NCBI GenBank assembly: GCA_000092065.1 | Contig: CP000583.1 | Strand: one strand, 5' to 3' | Length of the DNA stretch: 64,000 nucleotides | Source: Ostreococcus lucimarinus | Lineage: Eukaryota | Shown here: positions 10,081 to 21,423 of the stretch, one piece after another | Layout: each line of letters begins with the position of its first letter | Position numbering within the stretch: position 1 is the first letter of the stretch | Notes under the pieces: generated by a model | What the model was told of the DNA's origin: nothing | Database searches by the model: none | What the model saw: the letters and a program-made list of their open reading frames with translations, nothing else | Translations under genes and position numbers: made by a program

Positions 10081-12033
10081 CTACGGCGTCGAGTCGGCGA
10101 CGCGGTCGTCGTCGTACACGTCTCTAGGAGCAGTGGACACGCGCGGACCGTTTTCGAGATTGAATTTTGTCTCGAGCGAGGTCTTGACCGGGGTTTGACG
10201 GCGCTTAATGAGAGCGATTTCGGATTTGATCTCGTCGAGGCGCTGCTGCGCCGACGACGGCGTCGCCTTGCTCGCGAACGCGGCGCCAGAGCCGAGATCG
10301 GTGACGCGAGACCAACTTGCGCGGGTTTGCGTCGTCGGTGTCGACGTTGGACTACCACGAAGCGTTCGATGGAAGTCAATCGTGGCGCCGAGTTGGGTGC
10401 GCCAGGCCTCGTCGGCGCTCGAAGGCGAGGGCGTCGCCGCGAGACGACCTCGCAAGTCGTGCTTTTCTATTCTCAGACGCTGCACCTCCACGTTGGCTTC
10501 GCGCTGGGCTTGAATCGAGCGCAGCACCGAGGCTTCGGCATCGGCGGTAAAATCGGCGATGGTTTGTTTTGCCGCTTCGATTTGCGCGATTTGACGCTCG
10601 AGATCGATGCGTCGACGCCGTTCCTCGTGAAGCTCGAACTCGAGCTCTTGCTTCGCCATCAAAGCAGAATTCGCGATCGTCGCTTGTTTTTGCGCCTCAA
10701 CCGCGGCATCGCGCGCAGACGCAGTGTGTTTTGACACTTGCATCGCGTGATCTTGTACTTGTTCGGCGCACTCGAAGCGAATCTCTTCTTTTTCACGCGC
10801 CGCCGCTCGTTCGGCATCGCCAATTTTTGCCACCAAGCGCTCAACTTCACCGCTCAACCGCTTGACATCTTTTTCGAAGATTTTCGCCCGATTGATCGCA
10901 TCTGTGCGCTCTTGAAGTGCGATGGCGAGCTCTTTCGAGCTCGTGTGTTCCCGCAAGGTGACGCCATCGATCATTTGCTCCAGTTCAGCGTTACGCGCCT
11001 CCTTTGCAAAGCTCTCTTCCGTTTTCTTCAAAAGCGTCTCCGTCAACCGCACGTTTTCGTCCCTCGCCGCGCGCAAGTGCGCCAGCGTCAACCTTAAATG
11101 TTCATCTGCGGTAGATTTCGCGGAATTTATCACCGCAATCTCACGTCTGAGCTCGAGGTTTTCTTGTACTAACGCCGACTCGGACACCTCGCCGCTTCCC
11201 AACGCGGAGACTTCATTCTTAGCGTGTGCCGCCATGATCTCCGAAGTCTCGGCTCTTCGCATCGCCTTATCACGTTCTTCGCTTGCAATTTGTAAATCTT
11301 TGCGCAGAGCTTCGTTTTCTCGACCCATGACTTCCTCGAGCGAACGATAGCGTTCGAGCTTGAGTCTCTGCTCATCGTAATCGGACCGAAGCTGCGCCGC
11401 GCGTTCTTGCTGAAACTCCAAATTCTTCGTCAGATTCCGCACCTTGATCTCGTAAGACACCGTTGAGTTATCGAAATATCCCTCCTCTGTTGTTCGGCCG
11501 CTTTTTGCCGCCCCCTCGCGCGCTCTCGCCGCCTCTAATTCCGCCTCCGCCTCGCGCAACGCGTCCGAAAGCAACAGATTCTCCTCACGAAGATCCCTGA
11601 CCAACGCGCTCGACGACCCCGACGTCGACGCCGTCGGCGTCATCCTGGCATCACGATCCAATCGTGCGCGCAGACCTTCCCCCCCCCGCGCGCACATCGC
11701 CTCCACGAGCGCCTCCGCCTCGCGCGCGTCTCTCGCCCGCAACCGCATCGCCTTCGTCTCCCCCACCACCACCACCCCGAGCTCCACGTCCGCGCCTCGC
11801 GTCCGCGCGCGCGCGACGCTCGACAGCGGAAACTTCCCCAGCATCGCTCGTCGCGTTCGCGCGCCCGCGCGTCCGCGCGCGCCGTCGTCGTCGTCGATTA
11901 ATCGATCGATGCGCAACCCGCGCGCGGAGACGTCGACCCGCGCGACGACGCCGTCGCCGCGCGCGCCGTCGCCCAGGACGCGCACGTCGAACGTCGCGCT
12001 GTCGTCCTCGCCGCGCGTCGCCGCGGCGGGCAT
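10081..12033 (-). CDS. Long coiled-coil protein (myosin-tail or trichohyalin-like, E/R/A/L-rich heptads). The start is uncertain (ATG at 12033 or 11844)
   Basis: The track ORF extends to 13110, but its first ~360 codons are a low-complexity S/A/R translation. That stretch overlaps a better plus-strand gene. Coiled-coil content begins after the ATG at 11844. Confidence 0.45.
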   Translation of the reverse strand: MPAAATRGEDDSATFDVRVLGDGARGDGVVARVDVSARGLRIDRLIDDDDGARGRAGARTRRAMLGKFPLSSVARARTRGADVELGVVVVGETKAMRLRARDAREAEALVEAMCARGGEGLRARLDRDARMTPTASTSGSSSALVRDLREENLLLSDALREAEAELEAARAREGAAKSGRTTEEGYFDNSTVSYEIKVRNLTKNLEFQQERAAQLRSDYDEQRLKLERYRSLEEVMGRENEALRKDLQIASEERDKAMRRAETSEIMAAHAKNEVSALGSGEVSESALVQENLELRREIAVINSAKSTADEHLRLTLAHLRAARDENVRLTETLLKKTEESFAKEARNAELEQMIDGVTLREHTSSKELAIALQERTDAINRAKIFEKDVKRLSGEVERLVAKIGDAERAAAREKEEIRFECAEQVQDHAMQVSKHTASARDAAVEAQKQATIANSALMAKQELEFELHEERRRRIDLERQIAQIEAAKQTIADFTADAEASVLRSIQAQREANVEVQRLRIEKHDLRGRLAATPSPSSADEAWRTQLGATIDFHRTLRGSPTSTPTTQTRASWSRVTDLGSGAAFASKATPSSAQQRLDEIKSEIALIKRRQTPVKTSLETKFNLENGPRVSTAPRDVYDDDRVADSTP

Positions 12034-12520
12034 CGCGCGCGAGTCGCGACGCCGGCCGCGGTCGCGATGTGACGCGACCGGCACTGCACGCCGCGCGACG
12101 CCGCGCGCGCGTCGACGCCGCGACTCGCGCGGACGCGCGAGCGGTGCGCGGCGAGAGAGGGCGCGGTGCGTCGCGACCGCGCGTCTCGCGAGGGCGTCGG
12201 CGCGCGCGAGCGCGAGCGCGAGCGCGATGACGATCGGAAGCAGAGCCGTTACGGCGCGCGCGGCGAACGCGTCGGTGAATCGCGCGTCCACGTCGCGCGC
12301 GCGATGCGACGGCGCGATGGGACGGTTGAGCGCACTCGCGAACGATCGACGCGGACGCGCGAGGACGGGGCGACGGACGCGAGGGAGAGGGACGCGAGCG
12401 AGGGACGGGGACGGGGACGGGGACGACGACGAGCCGGGCGGCGACGGGTACTCCGATCGAGACCGCGCGAGCGGGCGGCGAAGCGCGAGAGAGCGGGCGA
12501 AGAGTCGGGCGGAACGCGCG

Positions 12521-13324
12521 ATGGACGAGGACGACGCGGCGATGCGAGATGCGTTCTTGGACGGGGCGGAAATATTCGCGTTGACGGCGGCGGTGGGCGT
12601 GAAGGCGCGCGCGGCGTACGTGGAACATAAGACGGCTAAAGTGGCGCAGGCGGCGGGATACGTCGAGCATTTACCCCCGAGAGCGGTGACGAGCGTTTGG
12701 GGTGACTTGCCACTGTACGTGGCCGTGGTGGCGGGGACGATTTTGCGAAGGTTGAGTCGAGCGCGGGAGGAGTCAACGGAGGGACGGCTGCAGGGCGTGC
12801 CCAGCTCGGTGAAGGCGAGGCTGGCGTTTTTGGAACAGGCGAACGACAGCGTCATGGAAGTCTCGAGGCGCACGGCGCGAGATGTTTCGCGTTTGGGCAC
12901 GCGCGTGCGGTTGACGAGACGGGAGCTGTCGCCACCACTACGAAAAGTGCAAGCCGAGTCCAAGGAAAACGCGCAAATCTTAGCCGCCGTGGCGCAACGC
13001 ATCGAACTCCTCGAGGGCGAGCTCGCGGAGGGACAATCCACCATGAGTGGACTCCACACCGTGAGCTCCAAGCAGTTCGACGTCTTGTCCAAGGCCATCG
13101 CCGATCTCAAGGCTTCTCAGATCGAGCTTCAGGCCGCGCTCGCCGAGCTCCCGGAGCGCGAGCCGCGCGTCGAGCCCGCGTCGCTCGAATCCGTGGAGTA
13201 CGAGACCGTCTCCGCGTCGCGCGACGAAGACGACGCCAGCGTCAACCACGCTCCCGCGCGCGCTGCGCTTCCTCAGCCGCGCGAGTCCGAGGCCCCGAAA
13301 CCGTCGTCGATGGACTACTTGTAA
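12521..13324 (+). CDS. Hypothetical protein with a hydrophobic segment and a C-terminal coiled coil
   Basis: First in-frame ATG of ORF 11909..13324. The upstream part of that ORF is an Arg-rich GC artefact. The protein reads DAFLDGAEIFALTAAVGV..LPLYVAVVAGTILRRL. Confidence 0.35.
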   Translation: MDEDDAAMRDAFLDGAEIFALTAAVGVKARAAYVEHKTAKVAQAAGYVEHLPPRAVTSVWGDLPLYVAVVAGTILRRLSRAREESTEGRLQGVPSSVKARLAFLEQANDSVMEVSRRTARDVSRLGTRVRLTRRELSPPLRKVQAESKENAQILAAVAQRIELLEGELAEGQSTMSGLHTVSSKQFDVLSKAIADLKASQIELQAALAELPEREPRVEPASLESVEYETVSASRDEDDASVNHAPARAALPQPRESEAPKPSSMDYL

Positions 13325-13714
13325 GACACGTTTCCAGGCGCCTCGTCAGCGACAAACCCAGTGCCCTCCACACACGTCCACGCAATTCTCTAATGATCGC
13401 CACCACGAACACCATCGCGCGCCCGTGCGTCGCGCAGAGGTGCGTCGCGATGAAACAAAACGCGCGCTCGAACGCGGCTCGTCGCGCGGCGTCGCGCGAT
13501 GGACGACGCGGGCGGGACGCGCGCGGGACGACGACGACGCGGACGACGTCACCGTCGAGCCGCGCGCGCGCGCGCGCGACGCAGAGGACGCGCGCGAACG
13601 CGCGCGAACGCGCGAGCGACGAAGAAGATCGCGCGGTCGCGCCGTCGCCGCGCGTGGACGTTCGAACGGCGCGCGGGAGGCGATGGAGACGCGAGAGGGG
13701 CGACTGACGCGGAT

Positions 13715-14065
13715 ATGGTTTGTTTCGCTCGCAGGACGACGGTTCGCAAGACGCGCGCGGTTCGCGTGCACGCGGGCAAGGGACCGAACGTCGATCGCAC
13801 GACTGGTTATATTGAGAGCGATAACACGGGTAGTGGTAACATCTTTGCGATTGAGCCGCGCCAGTTGTACACGGAATCGCCGACGAGCGACAAGTACGCC
13901 AAGCAAGGTTTGGGCGGTATCGGCGGCGTCATCGTCGCGGTCGGTGTGCTCGGAGCGGTGGCGTTCGCGACGAAGGGTTTGGCCGGCTTCGAAGAAGCGA
14001 ACAATGAGTTCGCAAACTACAACGGACCGAGTGTTTCCGCGCTCGAGCAACAGTTTGAGCGTTGA
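13715..14065 (+). CDS. Small single-pass membrane protein with a basic N-terminal presequence (possible organellar protein)
   Basis: MVCFARRTTVRKTRAV... is followed by a Gly-rich TM helix GLGGIGGVIVAVGVLGAVAFA. The similarity to PsbR-like proteins is weak and the protein is not called as PsbR. Confidence 0.35.
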   Translation: MVCFARRTTVRKTRAVRVHAGKGPNVDRTTGYIESDNTGSGNIFAIEPRQLYTESPTSDKYAKQGLGGIGGVIVAVGVLGAVAFATKGLAGFEEANNEFANYNGPSVSALEQQFER

Positions 14066-14329
14066 GCGACTCGAATCCTCCGCGCCGAGCGGTGGCGCGA
14101 TTCCAAAATCAACGCCGCTCGCGCGCTTCTCTCAAATAGCCCGCGCTCGTCGATGCGATCGCCGTAAATGATTGTTTGTGATCGATGTATATGTTTTGCC
14201 ACATCAGTCGTCGCCTCGGCGCGACCATCGTCTCGCGTCTGCGTCCGCGTCCGCGTTCCGCGCGAGCGCGAGCGCCGAGTCGAGTTCGGCGCGCGCGCCG
14301 CCGCCGCCACACTGCGCGCCGCATCGCGG

Positions 14330-14911
14330 ATGCTCGCGAGATCGCTCGCGGCGCGAAACGCCGTCGTCGTCGCGCGCCTTCACCGCGCCAGCGCGCGTCG
14401 AATCGTCGCCGCGACGACGCGAAGCGACATGTCCTCCGACGCCCGCGCCCACGGCGACGGCGTCTCCTTCGGCCCGATCGCGATCCCCGGCGCGCAGGTC
14501 TTCTACGAAACCTCTCAGACGTTCGCGCTGGTGAACCTGAAGCCCGTCGTTCCCGGGCACGTCCTCGTGTGCCCGCGGCGCTCGACGCCAAAGTTTACCG
14601 ACCTGAGCGACGAAGAGATATCGGACCTGTGGCGAACCGTCGCGGTGATTCAGCGCGCGCTCGAGCGCGAACACGACACCTCGAGCTCTACTTTAGCGAT
14701 TCAAGACGGCCCGTTGGCTGGACAAACGGTGCCACACGTGCACGTGCACGTGCTTCCGCGTCGCGTCGGCGACTTTGCCAGAAACGACGACGTGTACGAC
14801 GATTTGGAGCGATGGAACGCGGACGGGAGCAAGGCTTTGGACGACGACCGTCCACCGAGGAGCGCGGAAGAGATGCGCGCGGAGGCGGACGCGCTCAGGG
14901 CGCTGTTTTAG
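14330..14911 (+). CDS. FHIT: FHIT-like bis(5'-adenosyl)-triphosphatase (HIT family) with an N-terminal presequence
   Basis: The HVHVHVLPRR HIT motif and near-collinear similarity to FHIT (FALVNLKPVVPGHVLVCP, DGPLAGQTVPHVH). Alternative start at ATG 14429. Confidence 0.8.
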   Translation: MLARSLAARNAVVVARLHRASARRIVAATTRSDMSSDARAHGDGVSFGPIAIPGAQVFYETSQTFALVNLKPVVPGHVLVCPRRSTPKFTDLSDEEISDLWRTVAVIQRALEREHDTSSSTLAIQDGPLAGQTVPHVHVHVLPRRVGDFARNDDVYDDLERWNADGSKALDDDRPPRSAEEMRAEADALRALF

Positions 14912-15054
14912 ACGCGAAGTGGTTCGCGTTGTAAAATATTAGTCAACCACCACCTGGCTGGTTTCATCCAGAGTCGCGCCGCACTTCGAGTCGCTCGTCG
15001 CCGATCGCCCTTCGCCCGTCATCGTCGCGAACGCCGCGCGCGCGCCGAGCGACC

Positions 15055-16098
15055 ATGCACGGCGTGTTCGACGCGCTCAAGGACGTCTTGCGCGTCGGGT
15101 ACGACGCGTCAAAGACGAAAACGGCCCTGCGATTGGCGCTCGGGCGCTTGAAACTGCTTCGTAATAAACGCGAGAGCGCGCGACGCGCGATCGAGACCGA
15201 GGTGGGAGAGATGCTGAAACAGAGTCGAGGGTTCGGGTACGACGCGGCGCGCATCCGATGCGAGACGGTGTGCCGAGAGGATGCGACGCTGAAGGGATAT
15301 GAGATTCTGGAATTGACGCTGGAGACGCTGCTCGCGCGTCTGCCGGCGGTGAGCGCGTCGAAAGCGGTGCCGGAAGAACTGCGCGAAGCGATCGCGACGG
15401 TTATTTACGCCGCAAAACGCGCGGGGACGGAGGTTCCGGAGTTGGAGACACTAAAGAAGCAGTTTGGACGCAAGTACGGACGTGAATACGTCGCGGCGTG
15501 CGAAGGCGAAGGCACGGCGAGTGCGTGCGGAGCGAATGCGACGGTGCTGGAGAGCCTGAAGGTGAAGACCGTGGACGATAATACGGTGCAGAGGCGATTA
15601 GAGGCGATTGCGGCGAAAAATGACGTCGTGATGGAGACGCCGATCGCGATCGGGGAAGAGGTAGCGATGCCCGCTTCGGAATCGAACGCGGCGTACGCGA
15701 GCGCGGCGCGGGCGGCAGCGGCGGCTGAAGCGGCGGCGCAACGCGCAGAAGCGGCGGCAGCGATAGTAGCGAGCGCATCACTGCATGCGCCGAGCGATGA
15801 TGCGACGAAAGAATTGAGCGACGCCGACGTCGAAGCCGTCATCGACGAAGTGCTCGCGATGCCAGACTTGACGGTTGAAGACGCCACTGCGAAGCCCAGC
15901 GCGCCCTCAGGCCCACCTCCGGGCGTGGGTCAACCGATCAGTGACAAGAAAGTTGAGCTCGAATCGAGCGACGCGAGCGACCCGGCCAAGCCCAAGGCTT
16001 ACCCAAAACCTTCCGCTCCCGAAGAGCAGCGCGGACCGCCAACCGCTGACGCGGACGACCTCGCCGGGCGATTCGCCGCGTTAAAAAAAGGCCCGTGA
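15055..16098 (+). CDS. IST1: IST1 homolog (ESCRT-III-like, Vps4 regulator) with a C-terminal MIM-like motif
   Basis: The N-terminal DUF292/IST1 core (LRLALGRLKLLRNKRE..ILELTLETLLARL) and a C-terminal DDLAGRFAALKKGP (MIM1-like). Confidence 0.75.
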   Translation: MHGVFDALKDVLRVGYDASKTKTALRLALGRLKLLRNKRESARRAIETEVGEMLKQSRGFGYDAARIRCETVCREDATLKGYEILELTLETLLARLPAVSASKAVPEELREAIATVIYAAKRAGTEVPELETLKKQFGRKYGREYVAACEGEGTASACGANATVLESLKVKTVDDNTVQRRLEAIAAKNDVVMETPIAIGEEVAMPASESNAAYASAARAAAAAEAAAQRAEAAAAIVASASLHAPSDDATKELSDADVEAVIDEVLAMPDLTVEDATAKPSAPSGPPPGVGQPISDKKVELESSDASDPAKPKAYPKPSAPEEQRGPPTADADDLAGRFAALKKGP

Positions 16099-16286
16099 CC
16101 AGAGACAGTACCGTGTAAAACGATTAGAGCATTATTTCCACTTCCGAAAATCGCGTACCATCGCGGCAGCGCGGCATTTGCCGCACTTCTGAAGCTGCAA
16201 AGTTTAATCGATTCTCTCGCCAACGCTTTAAAAACAGCCGTGTGACGTCACACATCGGACCCGACTCGGCCTCAGACCACGCCTCG

Positions 16287-18095
16287 ATGTCGTTCCGTCG
16301 CGCCGTGCGAACGGCTACTGGTCTTACCGCCACGGCCACGGCCACGGCGCTCGCTGTTCACGGCTTTGTGAGCTCAAACGACGGCCAACTTCCGAAAGAT
16401 CCTTGGAGCGAGTCGAGCACGCCGTTACCGTCACGAAGCGCCACTGTGCGCGCGCTGAAGCGAGCGCAAGAGCCGTGTGACGTGCTCGTCATTGGTGGTG
16501 GTGCCACGGGCGCGGGATGCGCGGTAGATGCGGCGACGAGAGGGCTGAGCGTGACGCTGGTCGAGGGCGAGGACTTTGGCGCCGGGACGAGCGGCCGAAG
16601 CACGAAGCTGGTGCACGGCGGCGTGCGATACCTCGAGAAGGCGGTGTTTCAGCTCGATCCAGGACAGTTGAAGCTTGTTTTTGAGGCGTTGCAAGAGAGG
16701 AAAACGTTGTTAAATAACGCGCCGCACTTGACGCGAGCGTTGCCCATAGCAACGCCGTGTTACGAGTGGTGGGAGGTGCCGTATTACTGGGCGGGAATGA
16801 AGGCGTACGATTTAGTCGCCGGATCGCAAGGTTTGACGATGTCGATTTTCGCGAGAGCAGGGTCCATGAAGTCCCAGTTCCCACAATTGACGCAAATGCG
16901 CACAGATATCGGAGAAAAGTCGATGAAAGGGGCGATTGTGTACTATGACGGGCAGTTTGACGACGCTAGATTAAACGTCGCTTTAGCGTGTACGGCAGCG
17001 CATGCAGGCGCTGCCGTCGTGAATTACACGAGAGTTGTGAAGTTTCACAAGGATGGCGATCGAATCTCCGGCGTGCGAGCTCGCGATATGCTGACTGGGA
17101 GTGAATACGACATTTACGCCAAGACGGTGATCAACGCAAGCGGACCTTTCACGGACGAGCTTCGTAAACTGTCAGACGACAAAGCAGAAGAAATCATGAT
17201 GCCTGCCGCTGGTGCGCACTTGACGCTTCCAGCGTACTACTGCCCGAGCGACCTCGGTCTCATCATTCCAAAGACAAAAGACGGACGTGTCGTCTTCGTA
17301 CTCCCGTGGCTGGGTGCGTGCATTGCAGGTACCACAGATACCAAGTGCGACGTAACGATGACGCCATCGGCCACGAAGGACGAAGTTGATTTCATTTTAG
17401 AGTCAATCGCACCTTATCTGAAAGTTGAGACGCGTCGTTCCGATATTTTGAGCGCGTGGAGTGGTATTCGTCCACTCGCGGCAGATCCGGGGGCAAAGAA
17501 TACAGAAAACATGTCCAGAGATCACGTGATTGCCGTCGAGAAGGATGGAATGGTGACCGTCACTGGAGGTAAATGGACGACTTACAGACGAATGGCTGAA
17601 GAAGCAGTCGATAAGGCCATCGAAACCGGAGGGTTATCGGGAGAAGCTGGCAAGTGCCGAACTCATGCTCTGGGCGTCGTCGGCGCGCATGGTTACACAA
17701 ACGACTTGTTTGTCCAAGTCGCTCAGAGGGGTGGTAGCAGCTTTGGAGGTACGCCAGATGAATCCGTCGCCAAGCATCTCGCTCATTCATATGGCGACAG
17801 AGCTCTCGTTGTAGCGGATCTCGCGGCTTATTCGCACCTGTCAAAGCGTCTCGTGCCAAACCATCCCGTCATTGAAGCGGAAGTCGTGTATGCTGCTCGA
17901 GCGGAATATTGTCAAACTGCGATTGATTTCCTCGCTCGTCGCACACGTCTTGCGTTTTTAGATGTTGATGCTGCCGAAAAAGCTTTACCACGCGTGGTGG
18001 CTCTCCTCGGCGCCGAACTCAACTGGAGTTATATTCGGCGTCGACGAGAGTTGGCTGCCGGTCGAACGTTTCTCTCCACTTTTAAGACGGCATAG
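16287..18095 (+). CDS. GPD2: Mitochondrial FAD-dependent glycerol-3-phosphate dehydrogenase
   Basis: FAD-binding DVLVIGGGATGAGCAVDAATRG, with GPD2/GUT2-like sequence throughout. The track start at 16242 is GTG; the first ATG is at 16287 (MSFRRAVRT presequence). Confidence 0.9.
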   Translation: MSFRRAVRTATGLTATATATALAVHGFVSSNDGQLPKDPWSESSTPLPSRSATVRALKRAQEPCDVLVIGGGATGAGCAVDAATRGLSVTLVEGEDFGAGTSGRSTKLVHGGVRYLEKAVFQLDPGQLKLVFEALQERKTLLNNAPHLTRALPIATPCYEWWEVPYYWAGMKAYDLVAGSQGLTMSIFARAGSMKSQFPQLTQMRTDIGEKSMKGAIVYYDGQFDDARLNVALACTAAHAGAAVVNYTRVVKFHKDGDRISGVRARDMLTGSEYDIYAKTVINASGPFTDELRKLSDDKAEEIMMPAAGAHLTLPAYYCPSDLGLIIPKTKDGRVVFVLPWLGACIAGTTDTKCDVTMTPSATKDEVDFILESIAPYLKVETRRSDILSAWSGIRPLAADPGAKNTENMSRDHVIAVEKDGMVTVTGGKWTTYRRMAEEAVDKAIETGGLSGEAGKCRTHALGVVGAHGYTNDLFVQVAQRGGSSFGGTPDESVAKHLAHSYGDRALVVADLAAYSHLSKRLVPNHPVIEAEVVYAARAEYCQTAIDFLARRTRLAFLDVDAAEKALPRVVALLGAELNWSYIRRRRELAAGRTFLSTFKTA

Positions 18096-18131
18096 CGTGT
18101 ACAGTAGAATAAATTACATACTAGAATAACT

Positions 18132-19607
18132 TCAGCCAAAGATATCTTGCGTTATGCGACGCGCCTGGAGCTTGAGTACCTCGGAGTTGCTCTTCATGAT
18201 GACATCATACAATTTCATCGAGAGATTCGCATACTGGTCAATCTCCATCTTCAAGAGCTCTGCGGACGCGTGCTTGATATTTTGTTCCATCGGACTTGGT
18301 GCTGCTTGCGACGAAATCTGAAGCGTTGATAATAATGCAACTCCCTCGGCCGCATCCGGGTTCCCACTTTCAAGGCTGGCGTGAAACGCGTCGAGCGCGT
18401 CGTCCAAGTCTCCGTTTACGATTTCCGCATACCCTAACGCGGTGAACGCGCTCATGACTCCACCTCTCACGGCTTGCTCATAGTAATTCCTCGCCTCGTT
18501 GAAACTGGCCGGCACACCGACGCCCTCTTCGTAGCACACAGCGAGGTTGTTCATGGCCGCAGCGTTTCCCTTCGCCGCGGCTACTTTGAAGTATTCAGCC
18601 GCATTTTCTCTATCCGCCCCGATCCCTAGCTCCAAGTACTCGAGCGATCCTAGATTATTATTGCATATCGGACACCCTTCTTTCACACCCTCTTTGTACC
18701 ATCCACGAGCTTGATCATAATCACATTTCACACCGATACCGAGCTCGTAAATCTTGCCAATGCTCGAATACGCGGGAACGTATCGATCCTTCGCAGCTAA
18801 AACGTAGCACTTTAGCGCCTCTTTCGCCTTCTCATCACTCGTTTCTTCGTCAACATCTACGTCGTAAGATTCCGCCTCCAAAGCTTTCCCTCGAAGAAAC
18901 AATGCGTGCGCTTCGCTCATCGGCCCAAGCGGTACCTCGGGCAAAACGATTTCCTTTCGCTTCCCCTCTGATTGCTGTTTGTCCGCCAACATCGCCACCA
19001 CGGGCGTGCGCGTCGAAGCGATGTCGAAATTTCCGTCGCTATATCTTACCGCTCGCAAAATACACCCCACGTCAACGTCTTGACACACATATCGTTCGCC
19101 TCGAGCGTTTTCGATCAACTCCACGCCGCCCTGCGGCCCGACGCGTTGCCACCGCAGCGTCGTCAATCCTCCCATCTTCCGCCGCGTGATCGCCTCCACG
19201 CACTCCCCCGCGCGAACCATACCAGCCAATCGCATGTAATCCTCGGCCCCATCACCCTCACCACGACTCAGTGCGTCGCCGTAATCCAACGCTCTCGTCA
19301 GCGCTCGCTCGCGCGCGTCCCGCTCGTCCTCGTCGCTCGCCGTCTCGCTCGGCGGCACGTACCCATCGTCGTCCACCACCGCTTGATCCTCCAAGTATTG
19401 CATCGTGAGTGCGTGTTTATGATCGTCGCGCTCGCGCGTCACCGTTCCGGGCGGCGCGTGCCGTTCGCCGGGCGTCATCACCGAGGCCTCGCGCGGGACG
19501 CCGTCGTCGCCCGCGGGGACAATCACGCGCGGCGTGGGCGATTGCGGCACGTGCGTCGGTCGAGACGCGCGCTCTGGAGTAGTGGGTGGACTTTTTTCAC
19601 GCACCAT
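18132..19607 (-). CDS. Sel1-like (TPR-type) repeat protein
   Basis: Multiple Sel1 repeats (AA..Y..AA..GNA.AMNNLA.CYE.G.GV). First ATG at 19607; the 3' end is only 36 bp from the G3PDH stop. Confidence 0.55.
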   Translation of the reverse strand: MVREKSPPTTPERASRPTHVPQSPTPRVIVPAGDDGVPREASVMTPGERHAPPGTVTRERDDHKHALTMQYLEDQAVVDDDGYVPPSETASDEDERDARERALTRALDYGDALSRGEGDGAEDYMRLAGMVRAGECVEAITRRKMGGLTTLRWQRVGPQGGVELIENARGERYVCQDVDVGCILRAVRYSDGNFDIASTRTPVVAMLADKQQSEGKRKEIVLPEVPLGPMSEAHALFLRGKALEAESYDVDVDEETSDEKAKEALKCYVLAAKDRYVPAYSSIGKIYELGIGVKCDYDQARGWYKEGVKEGCPICNNNLGSLEYLELGIGADRENAAEYFKVAAAKGNAAAMNNLAVCYEEGVGVPASFNEARNYYEQAVRGGVMSAFTALGYAEIVNGDLDDALDAFHASLESGNPDAAEGVALLSTLQISSQAAPSPMEQNIKHASAELLKMEIDQYANLSMKLYDVIMKSNSEVLKLQARRITQDIFG

Positions 19608-19871
19608 CGCGCGCGATCGCGCGGGAGACGCGAGCGAGACGCGCAGTGCGGGACGGCGCGCGAGCGGGCGAGCCGAACGCGAGCGAGCGGGACCGACGCG
19701 CGAGACGCGCGAGAGTAACACGACGCGCGGGCGCTCGGATCGAGCGAAGATGATTTTACGAACGTGTATTCGTTATTACACATAAGAATCCCACTAGCTG
19801 GGCCACCAAATTCCAAATCTCTCCTCTCTCTCCTCCTCAACTTGCAAAAGCTCCGATGCGACGCATCGCTT

Positions 19872-20866
19872 TTAGTTCATGCGGCGGATGAGCGCGTTGA
19901 TCTTATCTTCGCGGTTACCAGCCATGCCACCTTCGATGAAGTGTTGCTTCTTCACAGTCATCCCGCCGTTCGGGGCGGAGAGCTTGAACGGCCACAAAAA
20001 GTTGGCGCACTCCTTGAAGTGCGGACCGACGGTGTAAATTTCGTGAATCAAGTCTTCGACGCAAATGATCCCCTTGTCGCCGAGGGCTTGCTCAACCACG
20101 GCGTTATCCGTGAGCGGAATGCGCTGCTTGTTCACCTTACCGTAACCACGCTTGTAGATGAGCTCTCTAACCGTCTTCAAGTTCGGGTAACCAAACATGA
20201 TGTACGGCTCCACCTTGCGAAGCTGGTTGAGCGTCGCCTTGTTCACCTTCATGAAAATCCCGTTGTGGATTTGACGCAAGCGAAGGAGCTGGAGAATCTT
20301 CTTCGTCTTCGGGTGAATGTCATTCAAACCGCGCAAGCGCATGACAAACATGAGCTTTTCCTCGGGTTCGACGTAGAAACCACCCTTGGCGCGCGCCTCG
20401 CGCTTGAGACGCACGAGGTCGGCTTCCTGCGCGCGCGAACAGACGCATCGTCGTCGTCGTTAGTCATCGCGTCCAATCGAGCGTTCGCGAGCGCAACGCG
20501 ACGCATCGTAATGTCGCCTCCGCCTATCAATCGCAAGCGCGCATCCAACACGCGTCGCGCTCATCCCAAGGCCGCCGCGCGACGCGCGCGACGTCCCGCG
20601 ACGTCCCGACGAACCCTAAAACAATCCCATCGCGCCCAGTCACATCGCTCGCTCACATCACGCACCTGGTCGCGGTACTCCTTGACATACTTCTCCGCGC
20701 GCTTGAAAATTTCCTCGCGCTTCTTCTCGCCCGCCTTCTTCGCTTCGGCCGCGGCCGCCGCCTTTTGCGACGCCCACTGCTCGTCGCGTTTGCGCTTCTT
20801 CAGCACGGATTCGGGAACGGTGGAAGGCTGCACGTCGCGCGCGCGAAAGCGTCCTCCGTCAGTCAT
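19872..20866 (-). CDS. RPL7: 60S ribosomal protein L7 (uL30). Two exons: 20666..20866 and 19872..20426, with intron 20427..20665
   Basis: Exon 1 (MTDGG...[15 protein letters not shown]...KEYRDQ) joins exon 2 ([19 protein letters not shown]...[14 protein letters not shown]). Together they reproduce full-length L7 (~251 aa). The donor is GTGCGT, the branch CTAAC, the acceptor CAG. Confidence 0.85.
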
Positions 20867-21423
20867 CGTTCGTCGCAAACATATCCATCCACCGATCGCC
20901 CTCGATCTCCCTCCCTCTCGCGCCGCGACCGCGCCGACATCGCCCTCCCATCGACGCATCGACGCGCCGCGCGTTAGGGTCACGCATCGCGCGAATCGCG
21001 TGCACCGTCGCGCGCACCGCGCGCGCATCGCCGATCGACGACGCGCGCGCGCGGTGACGAGTGCGAATGCGCGCGTCACGCGCGGTCGCTTCGCGTTCGC
21101 CGCGCACCATGCTCGCGTTCGCGCGTCGAGGTTAGAGGCCGACGAGGTCGCGATCGACGCGCGACGCGCCCGTCCGCCGGCGCGTCGAGGGTCGTGTGTC
21201 GTCGAGTCTTGTCATGTCCGAATGTCCGAATCTCTGCGGACGGTCGATCTCACATCGGCGCGCGCATCGGATCGTACGGTATTCTCGACCGACGAAGATT
21301 CGCGATAAATCGTTTCGCACTGAATGCCCAGGCGATGCACGAACGACGACGCGCCCGCGGCGCGCGAATGCCGAGCGGATCCGAGGCGCCAGATCGACGC
21401 GCGCGCGACGATTCGCGCGAGCG

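Noticed and set aside
10081-13110. Full 1009-aa extent of the minus-strand coiled-coil ORF
   Set aside because: The first ~360 codons (13110 down to ~12034) are featureless S/A/R/P text. They overlap a more convincing plus-strand CDS (12521..13324). The gene model was trimmed to begin at ATG 12033 or 11844.
13499-14065. Full 188-aa ORF including an Arg-rich N-terminus (MDDAGGTRAGRRRRGRRHRR...)
   Set aside because: The upstream 72 codons are a poly-Arg GC artefact with a non-ATG start. The gene was trimmed to ATG 13715.
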